Below, one piece after another: positions 37,021 through 46,012 of a DNA stretch of 64,000 nt. The stretch lies in the NCBI GenBank assembly GCA_964512925.1, contig CAZEKH010000004.1, forward strand, positions 2,431 through 66,430. The letters run 5' to 3'. Each line of letters begins with the position of its first letter. The stretch's first letter is position 1. The position numbers and the translations under genes are program-made. Under the pieces are notes generated by a model. It saw only the letters and a program-made list of their open reading frames with translations, was not told where the DNA came from and did not search any database. Source of the DNA: an uncultured Candidatus Saccharibacteria bacterium (GTDB lineage Bacteria; Patescibacteriota; Doudnabacteria; UBA920).

Positions 37021-37668
37021 ATGCCAAGATTAAAACCAAAAGAATTAAATGAAGCTTTATATAACCAGCCAGTTGAATTAACGGATAAACCAAACTCAAA
37101 TCCTCATTTTTATATTGATTTAGGAACTGATGGTTTAGGGTCGGCAAAAAAAGAAAAATTATTTAATACTTTGGAATTATTAGTTTTGGATTTTATTAGT
37201 TCGTATAGAGAACTTTTACTGTCTGAGATTGATGAATATCAAAAATGTAATCCTAATACCACCATCTTTACAGATGCAATAAAAGACCATATAAAGTTTT
37301 TTGGTTTGGAAAAACCTTATATAGGAATTTACGGAACAGAATCTGGTAATCAATTTTTGATTAAAAACCAACTTCAGAGGCAGCTGGGACCCGATTCATT
37401 AATGTTGGTTTTTCAGCAATCAAAACCTTTGAGTTGGTTTTGGAAAAAGGGTAATGATGGTAATAAAAGTCCAGAAGACGAGAGTCGGGATTTAAATAGG
37501 ACAGTTATAGAGTGGGGTACTTTATATAGAAAAGTCATGCCTGAGCTATGGAAATTGATTTATAGGCTACAGGAACAATATAATATAAATTTAAGTCGAA
37601 TAAATTTGTTTTCAGACCATAATAATGAGTATTATTATGTTTGGGAAGTATCTGCAAAATCTGAATAA
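37021..37668 (+). CDS. hypothetical protein
   Basis: 215-aa AT-rich ORF. Confidence 0.55.
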   Translation: MPRLKPKELNEALYNQPVELTDKPNSNPHFYIDLGTDGLGSAKKEKLFNTLELLVLDFISSYRELLLSEIDEYQKCNPNTTIFTDAIKDHIKFFGLEKPYIGIYGTESGNQFLIKNQLQRQLGPDSLMLVFQQSKPLSWFWKKGNDGNKSPEDESRDLNRTVIEWGTLYRKVMPELWKLIYRLQEQYNINLSRINLFSDHNNEYYYVWEVSAKSE

Positions 37669-37674
37669 AATTTT

Positions 37675-38979
37675 TTATGGAAGGATGAAGCCGCGGATAA
37701 TTTTACTTCCGTGAGGAATAAAGCGGGTATTAACAGTGCCGAACTTTTTATAATTCATTTCTGAAACCACGAATCCGTTATCCGAAACAGATTCAACAAA
37801 AGCCACGTGTCCAAAACGTCTATCGTCCGTCGTTACCACTATTGCTCCGACAGTTGCGCGGTCAGAAATCACTGAGCCGTAAGCTTTGGAATTTGCCAGC
37901 CAATTTTTTGCGTTGCCGCCCCAGGGGACGTGGCGTTTGGTCGCTACATACCAGGTGCAGTAGCCCCAAGGAAATATATGACCTGTGCCGTTATCAACAT
38001 ATTGTGGTTTTAACACTCCGCCAGGTTTGACTTTCCCGTCATTGGTTTTGGGTATGGTTTTAGGTTTGACGGCTTCCGGCATCCTGCCGCCCGGCACTAT
38101 TATCAGCTGTCCTTCGTCTATATCTTCAGCGCTTGCCAAACCGTTATAGGCGATAATCTTGTCCAAGTCAGCCTTATATTTTTTTGCCAGGTCAGGCAGG
38201 GTGTCGTTGCTGGTGGCTTTATGGAAAACTCCGTCAATCGGAAGTATAACCAAATTCCATCCGGGTTTGACTGAAAAACCGGGCAGATTGTTTGCCCAGA
38301 TGATGGTTTGGGCATTGATACCGTTTGCTTGGGCAATTTTGGACAGAGAGTCGCCTTCTTTTACAGTATAGAGTTTAATCTGCTTATCCAGCAGGTTTTG
38401 CAAACTGTCCGCCGGCATACTGTTTAGAGAGTCCAAATCTTGCGGTTGAGAAAGCTCCGTGTCTTGCGGCTCTATATAAGAGTTGCTAAGCGATTCAAAA
38501 CTTTCAGCCTGGGCATAAGTAAAAATACCGGCTTCTTTGTTTACTGTGGTGATGATGCTGGTATTTTTTTCGTACAGCTTAGAATTCAGTTGCGGGTGGT
38601 TGTTTAAAAGCTGGGCTGACAGGCTTTTGTCGCGAAATTCAAAATGAAAAAATGACAAATTATAAGCGGCGGTTAATACTGCCAACAAAATAAGCAGCGC
38701 TTCGCTGGAAAACTTAAAAACCAAATCAAACCAGTCCAGCTTGATATGCACGGCCGGAAAAGAATTTAAATGTATGGATTTAAAGCGCGGCAGCCTTTGT
38801 TTGAGTTTGAAGATGGTTTTTTTTGAATAGTAGGCTAAAAAAAACAGTGATCTTGCGCGGATGCTTTTTAGCCAAAGCTGCCAATTATAAATTGTATTTA
38901 TAAAGTATCTGCCATATACCCAGAGCAGCGCGCGGTTTTCATCAAGTTTAGGAGCTCCGCCAACAGCTAAGGGTTTAAT
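37675..38979 (-). CDS. LysM (x2) + CHAP peptidoglycan hydrolase; start uncertain
   Basis: YTVKEGDSLSKIA, FPWGYCTWYV, WGGNAKNW, GHVAFVE, VSEMNY; frame open to 39030 without ATG/GTG/TTG upstream of GTG 38751 (ATT at 38979). Confidence 0.85.
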   Translation of the reverse strand: MKPLAVGGAPKLDENRALLWVYGRYFINTIYNWQLWLKSIRARSLFFLAYYSKKTIFKLKQRLPRFKSIHLNSFPAVHIKLDWFDLVFKFSSEALLILLAVLTAAYNLSFFHFEFRDKSLSAQLLNNHPQLNSKLYEKNTSIITTVNKEAGIFTYAQAESFESLSNSYIEPQDTELSQPQDLDSLNSMPADSLQNLLDKQIKLYTVKEGDSLSKIAQANGINAQTIIWANNLPGFSVKPGWNLVILPIDGVFHKATSNDTLPDLAKKYKADLDKIIAYNGLASAEDIDEGQLIIVPGGRMPEAVKPKTIPKTNDGKVKPGGVLKPQYVDNGTGHIFPWGYCTWYVATKRHVPWGGNAKNWLANSKAYGSVISDRATVGAIVVTTDDRRFGHVAFVESVSDNGFVVSEMNYKKFGTVNTRFIPHGSKIIRGFILP

Positions 38980-39174
38980 TGATAGTACTAAACCAGGGGG
39001 TGTGTCTATCTTGCAATAACTATATTTATACTAATTTTAAGCCCTAAGTACTTTTTGAGCAAGAAAAATGATCCACAATTATTCGTTTCAGCTCTTAAAT
39101 ATAGCAAATAAAATTTTTATACTCATAAATATGACCAACTCTTTGATTAAATATTTTTGTGCTAAAATAAATGA

Positions 39175-41337
39175 ATGGATTTAGCATCTTTTAACGAAAA
39201 ACAGAAACAGGCAGTGACCTCAGGTTTGGGCCCGGTTTTGGTTTTGGCAGGTCCGGGCAGCGGGAAAACCAAAACTTTAACCGCGAGGATTGCTTATATT
39301 ATAGAGAAGAAGATGAAAAAGCCCTCTGAAATACTGGCTTTGACCTTTACAAACAAAGCATCAAAAGAGATGAGGGATAGAGTAGCCAAGCTTTTAACCA
39401 AAATGCCTGGGGCTGCCGAGCTGTTGACTATGGGCACTTTTCATTCTGTTTGTTCGAGGATTTTGAGAAAAGAAATATCCAAACTCGGATACAGTCCGGA
39501 TTTTGTGATTTTTGATTCTGACGACCAACAGAAGATTGTCAAAGAAATTTGCGAGGAGCTGGCTTTGGGCAAGCAGCTGCCGCCTTCTTTGTTCGGGGCT
39601 CTTATATCCAAAGGCAAAAATATGCTGCAGACTCCGGATGAGTTGAATTTGGATACTGACAAAAGGCTTTTGGAAAAAACCCGGGAAGTTTATGTTCGCT
39701 ATCAGGATGCCTTGTTTCGCCAAAATGCCTTGGATTTTGATGATCTCTTAATGTTGACAGTGAAGCTGTTTGAAGCCGACAGCGAAGTTTTGGAAAAATA
39801 CCAAAAAAGATTTACTTATATATTGGTGGATGAATATCAAGATACTAACCCGGTGCAGTATGCACTGCTCAGACTTTTGTCCACCCATAGAAATTTGTTT
39901 GTGGTTGGGGACGACGCGCAGAGCATTTACAAGTTTCGTGGCAGCGACATTTCCAATATTTTGAACTTTGAAAAAGATTTTCCGGAAAGCGTGGTGATTG
40001 CCCTGGAGCAAAACTACCGCAGCACTAAAAATATCTTAGCCGTGGCGCAAAAAGTGATTGAACTGAATCCGGAGCAAAAGAAAAAAACTTTATGGACGGA
40101 AAATCACGACGGGGAGAAAATATTTTTAGTTCGGGCTGAAGATGAACGGGCTGAGGCGGAATTTGTGGCAAAAAAAATTGTTAAACTTGCTTCAGGGGGA
40201 AGCGAACCTGAGTATGAAGAACCTGAAGATATAAAAAGCCAGAGCGGTTCTATTTTGGACAGGTTTTTGCTTGCTCGGAAGAAATACGGCCAGAGTATGG
40301 GCGGCTTTTTAAGGCAATTGCCCCAACTGCCGAAAATTCACGAGAGTTTGAAAGAATACGCGGTTTTGTACCGCACGCACGCGCAGTCTAGAGCTATAGA
40401 AGAAACTCTGATACAATCCGGCATTCCTTACCAGATAATCGGCGGGTTTAAGTTTTATGACCGCAAAGAGATCAAGGATATGCTTTGTTACTTGCGTTTG
40501 GTTTTAAACTTTCGCGATTTGGTGTCTTTAAAAAGAGTGATCAATGAGCCGCCAAGGGGCATTGGCGATAAATCGTACCAGGTTATTCGGGATTTTATTT
40601 TAGATTTTCAGAATTCTGCCAAAGACCAGGAAGTTAGCAAGTCAGCTGAACTCGCGGTTTTCCGACTCAAATTTGCCGAAGTTAAGCTCAGTCCCAAGCA
40701 GTGGCAGTCAGCCCAGGATTTTTTTTCTATGCTGGAGGAGCTTTCTGCTGTGCCGGATGATTTCAAATTGCCGGATTTGATGAAGATGATTGTCAGAAGG
40801 GCTCGTTTGGAGCAGTATATAAGAGACGGCAGCGACAGCGGGGAGTCCAGGTGGGAAAACCTGCAGGAGCTTCTGACAGTAGGTGAAAAATTCAGAAACC
40901 TCAAATGGCGGGAAGGCGTGGCGGAATTTTTGGAAGAAGTGGCTTTACTTTCGGAGATTGACCAAAAGCAGGACGAGAAAAACGCAGTTACCCTGATGAC
41001 TCTCCATAGCGCCAAGGGTTTGGAATTTGATACTGTGTTTTTTGTCGGGTTGGAAGAGGGTATCTTGCCGCATTCTAGAAGCCTGACAGAGTCTGACGAG
41101 TTGTCCGAAGAGGTGAGGCTTGCTTATGTGGGTTTAACTCGGGCGCGGAAAAATTTGTTTTTGCTTTTTGCCAAAAGCCGGATGTCTTTTGGGCAAAGGC
41201 AGATCCAGTCGCCTTCGCGAATTTTAAAAGCTATGCCCAAGGAAAAATTGCAGCTTGTAAACGGCGCGGAAGCGGTATTTGCCGGCACGGCGGAAGATGG
41301 GGAATTGGAATATGTGGAAGATGGAGAATTGACCTAA
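39175..41337 (+). CDS. pcrA: UvrD/PcrA ATP-dependent DNA helicase
   Basis: LAGPGSGKT, LTFTNKA, VDEYQDTN, VGDDAQSIYKFRG, LEQNYRS, MTLHSAKGLEF, YVGLTRA. Confidence 0.95.
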   Translation: MDLASFNEKQKQAVTSGLGPVLVLAGPGSGKTKTLTARIAYIIEKKMKKPSEILALTFTNKASKEMRDRVAKLLTKMPGAAELLTMGTFHSVCSRILRKEISKLGYSPDFVIFDSDDQQKIVKEICEELALGKQLPPSLFGALISKGKNMLQTPDELNLDTDKRLLEKTREVYVRYQDALFRQNALDFDDLLMLTVKLFEADSEVLEKYQKRFTYILVDEYQDTNPVQYALLRLLSTHRNLFVVGDDAQSIYKFRGSDISNILNFEKDFPESVVIALEQNYRSTKNILAVAQKVIELNPEQKKKTLWTENHDGEKIFLVRAEDERAEAEFVAKKIVKLASGGSEPEYEEPEDIKSQSGSILDRFLLARKKYGQSMGGFLRQLPQLPKIHESLKEYAVLYRTHAQSRAIEETLIQSGIPYQIIGGFKFYDRKEIKDMLCYLRLVLNFRDLVSLKRVINEPPRGIGDKSYQVIRDFILDFQNSAKDQEVSKSAELAVFRLKFAEVKLSPKQWQSAQDFFSMLEELSAVPDDFKLPDLMKMIVRRARLEQYIRDGSDSGESRWENLQELLTVGEKFRNLKWREGVAEFLEEVALLSEIDQKQDEKNAVTLMTLHSAKGLEFDTVFFVGLEEGILPHSRSLTESDELSEEVRLAYVGLTRARKNLFLLFAKSRMSFGQRQIQSPSRILKAMPKEKLQLVNGAEAVFAGTAEDGELEYVEDGELT

Positions 41338-41454
41338 TTTTTAATTACCCTAATTTCTAAACAAATCCAAATACTTAATTTAAATTTTAGAGCAACTAGA
41401 ATAATTAGCCCGCCAGTTGGCGGAAATTAGAAATTTACAGACAATTTTATAAAA

Positions 41455-42363
41455 ATGGACTCACAATATATTAAAACATTGTTATCACGATACGGATTAA
41501 AACCTAATTTCACTTACGGGCAGAATTTTTTGATTGACGAGGTCGTGCTGGAAGATATGGTGGACGCAAGCGGGATAAGTAAAGAAGATTTGGTTTTGGA
41601 GATCGGGCCGGGTATCGGCAACTTGACCCGCAAACTATGCGAAAGAGCCGGCTTTGTTTTGTCCGTGGAAAAAGATCCCAAGTTTCAGCCCATTCTTTAC
41701 AATATTAAAAAAGATTTCCGGGACAATTTTAGATATGAGATATTTGACGCTTTGGAGTTTGACTACCAAGATTTTTTGGAAAACTATACAAGGCACGAAA
41801 TATCCGAATTAAAAACGAACGACACCAATTCGGGACATTCGGGTGAAGTTCGTAAATTAGTGTCGCCCTACAAAGTTGTCGCCAACATCCCTTACTACAT
41901 CACCGGGAAAATTTTGGAAATGTTTATGACCTCAAAAAATAAACCTTCCAGCATCACGGTTCTCACCCAAAAAGAAGTTGCAGAAAGAGTGGTCGCAAAG
42001 GCCGGGGGGATGTCGCTTCTTTCCATCTCGGTTCAACTTTACGGCGAGCCGAAAATCATTTCCATTGTTCCTGCCAGAAGTTTTTATCCGGCGCCTAAAG
42101 TTGATAGCGCGGTTTTGAAAATAGATCTTTTTGAAAAGCCTAAATACGAAATTGAAGATGAGAAGAAATTTTTCAAAGTCCTAAAAGCTTGCTTCTCTGG
42201 AAAACGAAAACAGATCCACAACACCCTGTCCGGAAATTTCGGACTGCCTAAAGAAAAAGTTTTAGAAGTTTTATCCGAACTTTCCATTGACCCGAAAATT
42301 CGTCCCCAGGAACTGGAGATAGAGCAGTGGGTGGAGTTGGTTAAAAAAATCAGTAGTAATTAG
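41455..42363 (+). CDS. rsmA: 16S rRNA m6,2A dimethyltransferase
   Basis: GQNFL, LEIGPGIG, VVANIPYYIT, QKEVAER, FYPAPKVDSAV. Confidence 0.95.
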   Translation: MDSQYIKTLLSRYGLKPNFTYGQNFLIDEVVLEDMVDASGISKEDLVLEIGPGIGNLTRKLCERAGFVLSVEKDPKFQPILYNIKKDFRDNFRYEIFDALEFDYQDFLENYTRHEISELKTNDTNSGHSGEVRKLVSPYKVVANIPYYITGKILEMFMTSKNKPSSITVLTQKEVAERVVAKAGGMSLLSISVQLYGEPKIISIVPARSFYPAPKVDSAVLKIDLFEKPKYEIEDEKKFFKVLKACFSGKRKQIHNTLSGNFGLPKEKVLEVLSELSIDPKIRPQELEIEQWVELVKKISSN

Positions 42364-42409
42364 TATGAAGTATTATGTATTAAGTATTAAGCAAATAAAT
42401 TCCTAATTC

Positions 42410-42883
42410 CTAAATACTAAGTTCATCCCCCACTTTAATGTTATTTTTTTTGCTCCAGCCGGCGTTGACTTCTAAAACTGCATCAACCGGTCCGGGGGAA
42501 GAGTAGCGGGGGAGGCTAGTATCTTGAGCATCGTATCTTTTGTTGTTAACCGGGGCAGGGACATCGGCAGTAATGCCGATTATTTTTTTATTTTCAATCC
42601 AAATTATATCCAAGTTAAAATTCATATCTTTCATCCAAAAAGAAACTTGTGATTGTTTTGAAAATTTAAAAAGCATCCCTTGGTTTTCACCTAAAGTTTT
42701 TTGGCCGGACAACCCTTGGATTTGTTTTTCTGGCGTATCGGCTATGGCAACTGAAATAATCTTATCTTTTATTTTAAGGTTTGTTGGATAAGTATTTGTT
42801 TGATTATTTTTTTGCGCATCACAAGCAGATGCCAGAAAAAAAAGAGAAAAAATTACAATTATTTTTCTAAAATTTATATGCAT
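42410..42883 (-). CDS. DUF192-domain lipoprotein
   Basis: LASAC lipobox, ADTPEKQIQGLS, GMLFKF, FWMKDMNFNLDIIWI, VLEVNAG. Confidence 0.88.
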   Translation of the reverse strand: MHINFRKIIVIFSLFFLASACDAQKNNQTNTYPTNLKIKDKIISVAIADTPEKQIQGLSGQKTLGENQGMLFKFSKQSQVSFWMKDMNFNLDIIWIENKKIIGITADVPAPVNNKRYDAQDTSLPRYSSPGPVDAVLEVNAGWSKKNNIKVGDELSI

Positions 42884-43042
42884 ATTTTTAGAATAACAGA
42901 AAAAGAAATTTTGGGCTAGACAAAAAACTGAATGTGTGCTATAATATAGTAAATATTGGTTAAAAACCTCTATTGAAACCAAAACAAAAAAACAATTAAA
43001 TATTTAAACCCTGAACATTTTGAATGTTTGGGCGTTCAAGTT

Positions 43043-43798
43043 ATGGAAGAACGTATGGATATACCAAATCAAAATTCCAAACCCGAACCTTTACACTTCG
43101 GGCATTTTGCGTTGATAGCTATAGCTGTTGTGGGGGTGTTTGGGCTGACTGTGTTTAAAAAAGGAACAGCATTTTTTTATCCAAAATCCGAGATCAAAAA
43201 AAATCTATATACCTATGAACAAGCAACCTTGGACGCGCAAAAAGAGTTGGGAATAAATGTATCTGTAAATCAAATTGCTTCAAGCTCTCAGGATGAAAAA
43301 GAACTGGCGCTTATAGATCCCAATTTTTCTTCGGGCGGGTCTGTGTTAGGCGAGTCTACCGAGGCTGAAGAGGCGATAGCAAATAATGTTTTTGAAATAC
43401 CGGAAGAGATTTTAAATGGTATTCCTATTTTATATACCGCGCCAAACACCAAAGAAGCGGCGCAAAAATATTTCTCGGATTTTAGCGAAGCTGAATATCA
43501 AAACGACTTGCCCGTAGTGCTTGAAGGTTTGAGTTCGGATGATCCGGAAAAGATAGGTCAGGTGCCGGAAAAGATAGACAAGCTGATGAAAGCTTTTTTG
43601 GATTTGGATGTACCGCCGGATTTATATAAATTTCACCGGCTGAAACTTTTATATTATTCAGAGCTCAGGCAGATGGCGATGGCTGTTCTTTCCGCTGAAG
43701 GAGCTCAAACTCCGGAAAGCGTGAGCGAGCAAACCATCTCAGTGGTGCAGGCTTTAAGCGAAGAGCAAAAAAAAATTGACAGCCAATTTGGTTTTTAA
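43043..43798 (+). CDS. membrane-anchored hypothetical protein (start of secretion-like cluster)
   Basis: TM helix, acidic helical body. Confidence 0.65.
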   Translation: MEERMDIPNQNSKPEPLHFGHFALIAIAVVGVFGLTVFKKGTAFFYPKSEIKKNLYTYEQATLDAQKELGINVSVNQIASSSQDEKELALIDPNFSSGGSVLGESTEAEEAIANNVFEIPEEILNGIPILYTAPNTKEAAQKYFSDFSEAEYQNDLPVVLEGLSSDDPEKIGQVPEKIDKLMKAFLDLDVPPDLYKFHRLKLLYYSELRQMAMAVLSAEGAQTPESVSEQTISVVQALSEEQKKIDSQFGF

Positions 43799-43801
43799 GC
43801 G

Positions 43802-45847
43802 ATGCAAAACAAAACAAAAATCCAATTCAAAAAGATTTTAGCAGGATGTCTTCTGGCATCTATGCTTTTTTCCGCGTATCCAAACAAAACCCAAGCTTTG
43901 ATACCGGTACACGATTTGCCCGGTTATATTTTAGACGGTCTGAAATTTTCAGTGGATTTTTTAAGAAACCTCGCTCTTGGAGCTCCGGGTTCCGGAGCTG
44001 CGACCAGGGCGGCTTTAAAAGGCGCGAAAAAACCTTGTGATGCCGTGAAGACCGCATATCAAGCTTCCCAGGCAGCTGACGTTTTTCCTGGAGCTGAGGT
44101 GTTAGGTGGAAACTCAGTTCAGATCGGAAAACTGACTGCGAAAATCACGGCGTTACAAACCTTAAGAACTTGTTATATCTCAGTTTTGGCTTTGGAAGAG
44201 GCTCCCGGGGCTTTGGCCGGAGTATTGGGCGGTTTGCAAGCTGAAAGCGCAGCGGGTTTTAACGAATTGATTTTGGAAAATGCAATCAATGCTCTGGATC
44301 AGAGGATTGATAAATTGGTGGAACTGCGGAGCAATGCCATCAAAGCAATGTGGAAAGCGGTTGCGGTCAAAGTTTTGATTACTGCGGAAAATAAATTTGT
44401 TACCAATGTAGTTAATGACATTATCCGCAAATACAAAGTTTCCAACTTTTTGGATTACGGCGATGCGTTAACAACTCAAATATACAACATTGAATACGCA
44501 CAGAAAAATTATCCAAATCAGGTTGACCAGGCGATCATTAAATCTGTCTGGCAAAGCGATCCTTTTCAAGGCGAGCTCTCACCGATTTTAAGCGCCCAGG
44601 CTTCCGAGAACCTGGGATTTGACCCTACGCTTATAGATTACAATGATCCGGCATTTTTTGTGAAAATGGCGCAAGCGGGGAGTATGAACAATACGCCTGA
44701 CGGGCTAAATGTTTTGTATAACGACGCGGCAACAGTTGTCAGGGCGCAGGCTAAGGCAAATGCCCAGGCGGAAATTTCCCAAGGCCAGGGAGTGATGGCG
44801 CTGAGGAATTGTAGCGGGATTGCCAGCCAGGAGAGAAGGTTTGATAGCGACTTTAAAGCCAAGCAGGATGATTTGGCTTTAAAACAGGCAGCTTACCAGA
44901 AGCTGTGGGCGGCGCAGATTAGCGATCCTTCTTCTGTTGACCCCCAGGATTTACAAAGGGCGCTGAATAATTTAAACCAGGCCAAAACCGCTTTGGCAGC
45001 ATTGCCAAAAAGAAATAGCGATGTGTTTGTGAAAAGATGCGAAGATATTTCCAATCCGGCTTCAGCCATAAATAATTTTACCAATACATTTTTATCAACC
45101 TCGCTTATCGGTTCCAAATTTAAAGAACCGGAAAACTTGTCTTTTGCTCCTTCTGCGGTAGGGGCTTTCAGTTCTTTGTTTTTAGACAAGCTGATCGGAG
45201 TAACCAAGGGCAGAAGTTTGGGAACCAGGGATTTTGAGGATATGGCGCTTACAACCTCCGGTCAATATGCTTCGGATTTAAGCCTCAACATTTTAAGAAG
45301 CGCGGAAAATTCAACAAAAAATAATTCTCTGTTTTTATCAGTTGCCTCAGCAGGTTCCGCTGGCAGGTTTGTTATTAATTGGGATGCCAGCGCTTTGGAA
45401 GGCGGGAGCCGGATCACGATAACCGGCACGGGGTCAGGGGCTTTGAATTATTCGGCCCAGTCTTTAAAGGGCAGTATAACCATCCAGAGCCAGCAGACGA
45501 GCGGATCTTTTACTTTGAAAGTTTTTGACTCTGCCAATAAAGAACTCGCTTCTGAGGTTGCCAACATCCCAGCGGTGCCAAATTTGACTTTAGGTTCGCC
45601 CCAAAACCCCGATTTGAGCAGTTCCATTTCAAATACAAACACCAGCCTTATAACTTCCGGCTTAATACCCACACCTCCACCATCTTCCGAATATACTTGC
45701 AATGGTCAATATATTAGTTATAATGAATGTTTGTTGCAGCATGAGCCGAATTATTGCGCAGCGATTTGTGGTGGAGTAAATGGCGCAAACATAAAAAGTC
45801 CAGAGTTTTTAAGGGGTAGCCAGGCAGTGAAGATTCGTGGAAATTAA
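43802..45847 (+). CDS. secreted hypothetical protein
   Basis: Signal peptide, helical body, Cys-rich tail; upstream of the VirB6-like gene. Confidence 0.65.
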   Translation: MQNKTKIQFKKILAGCLLASMLFSAYPNKTQALIPVHDLPGYILDGLKFSVDFLRNLALGAPGSGAATRAALKGAKKPCDAVKTAYQASQAADVFPGAEVLGGNSVQIGKLTAKITALQTLRTCYISVLALEEAPGALAGVLGGLQAESAAGFNELILENAINALDQRIDKLVELRSNAIKAMWKAVAVKVLITAENKFVTNVVNDIIRKYKVSNFLDYGDALTTQIYNIEYAQKNYPNQVDQAIIKSVWQSDPFQGELSPILSAQASENLGFDPTLIDYNDPAFFVKMAQAGSMNNTPDGLNVLYNDAATVVRAQAKANAQAEISQGQGVMALRNCSGIASQERRFDSDFKAKQDDLALKQAAYQKLWAAQISDPSSVDPQDLQRALNNLNQAKTALAALPKRNSDVFVKRCEDISNPASAINNFTNTFLSTSLIGSKFKEPENLSFAPSAVGAFSSLFLDKLIGVTKGRSLGTRDFEDMALTTSGQYASDLSLNILRSAENSTKNNSLFLSVASAGSAGRFVINWDASALEGGSRITITGTGSGALNYSAQSLKGSITIQSQQTSGSFTLKVFDSANKELASEVANIPAVPNLTLGSPQNPDLSSSISNTNTSLITSGLIPTPPPSSEYTCNGQYISYNECLLQHEPNYCAAICGGVNGANIKSPEFLRGSQAVKIRGN

Positions 45848-46012
45848 ATCTTATAGTAAATAAATAGGAAAAATCAAGTCTTTTTTACCCCGCCCCGATG
45901 TACATCGGGGCGGGGTTTTGTTATCCCCAAAAAATTTTGAGGTTTTGGGTTTTTTGTGGTATAATTTTTAGGTATTTGGATATAAATTTCCTAAATTTTT
46001 ACCCCTTTTTCC

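Noticed and set aside
39040-39170. Possible oriC (TGATCCACA DnaA-box-like, AT-rich)
   Set aside because: Single imperfect box and no dnaA/dnaN; reads as a divergent promoter region.
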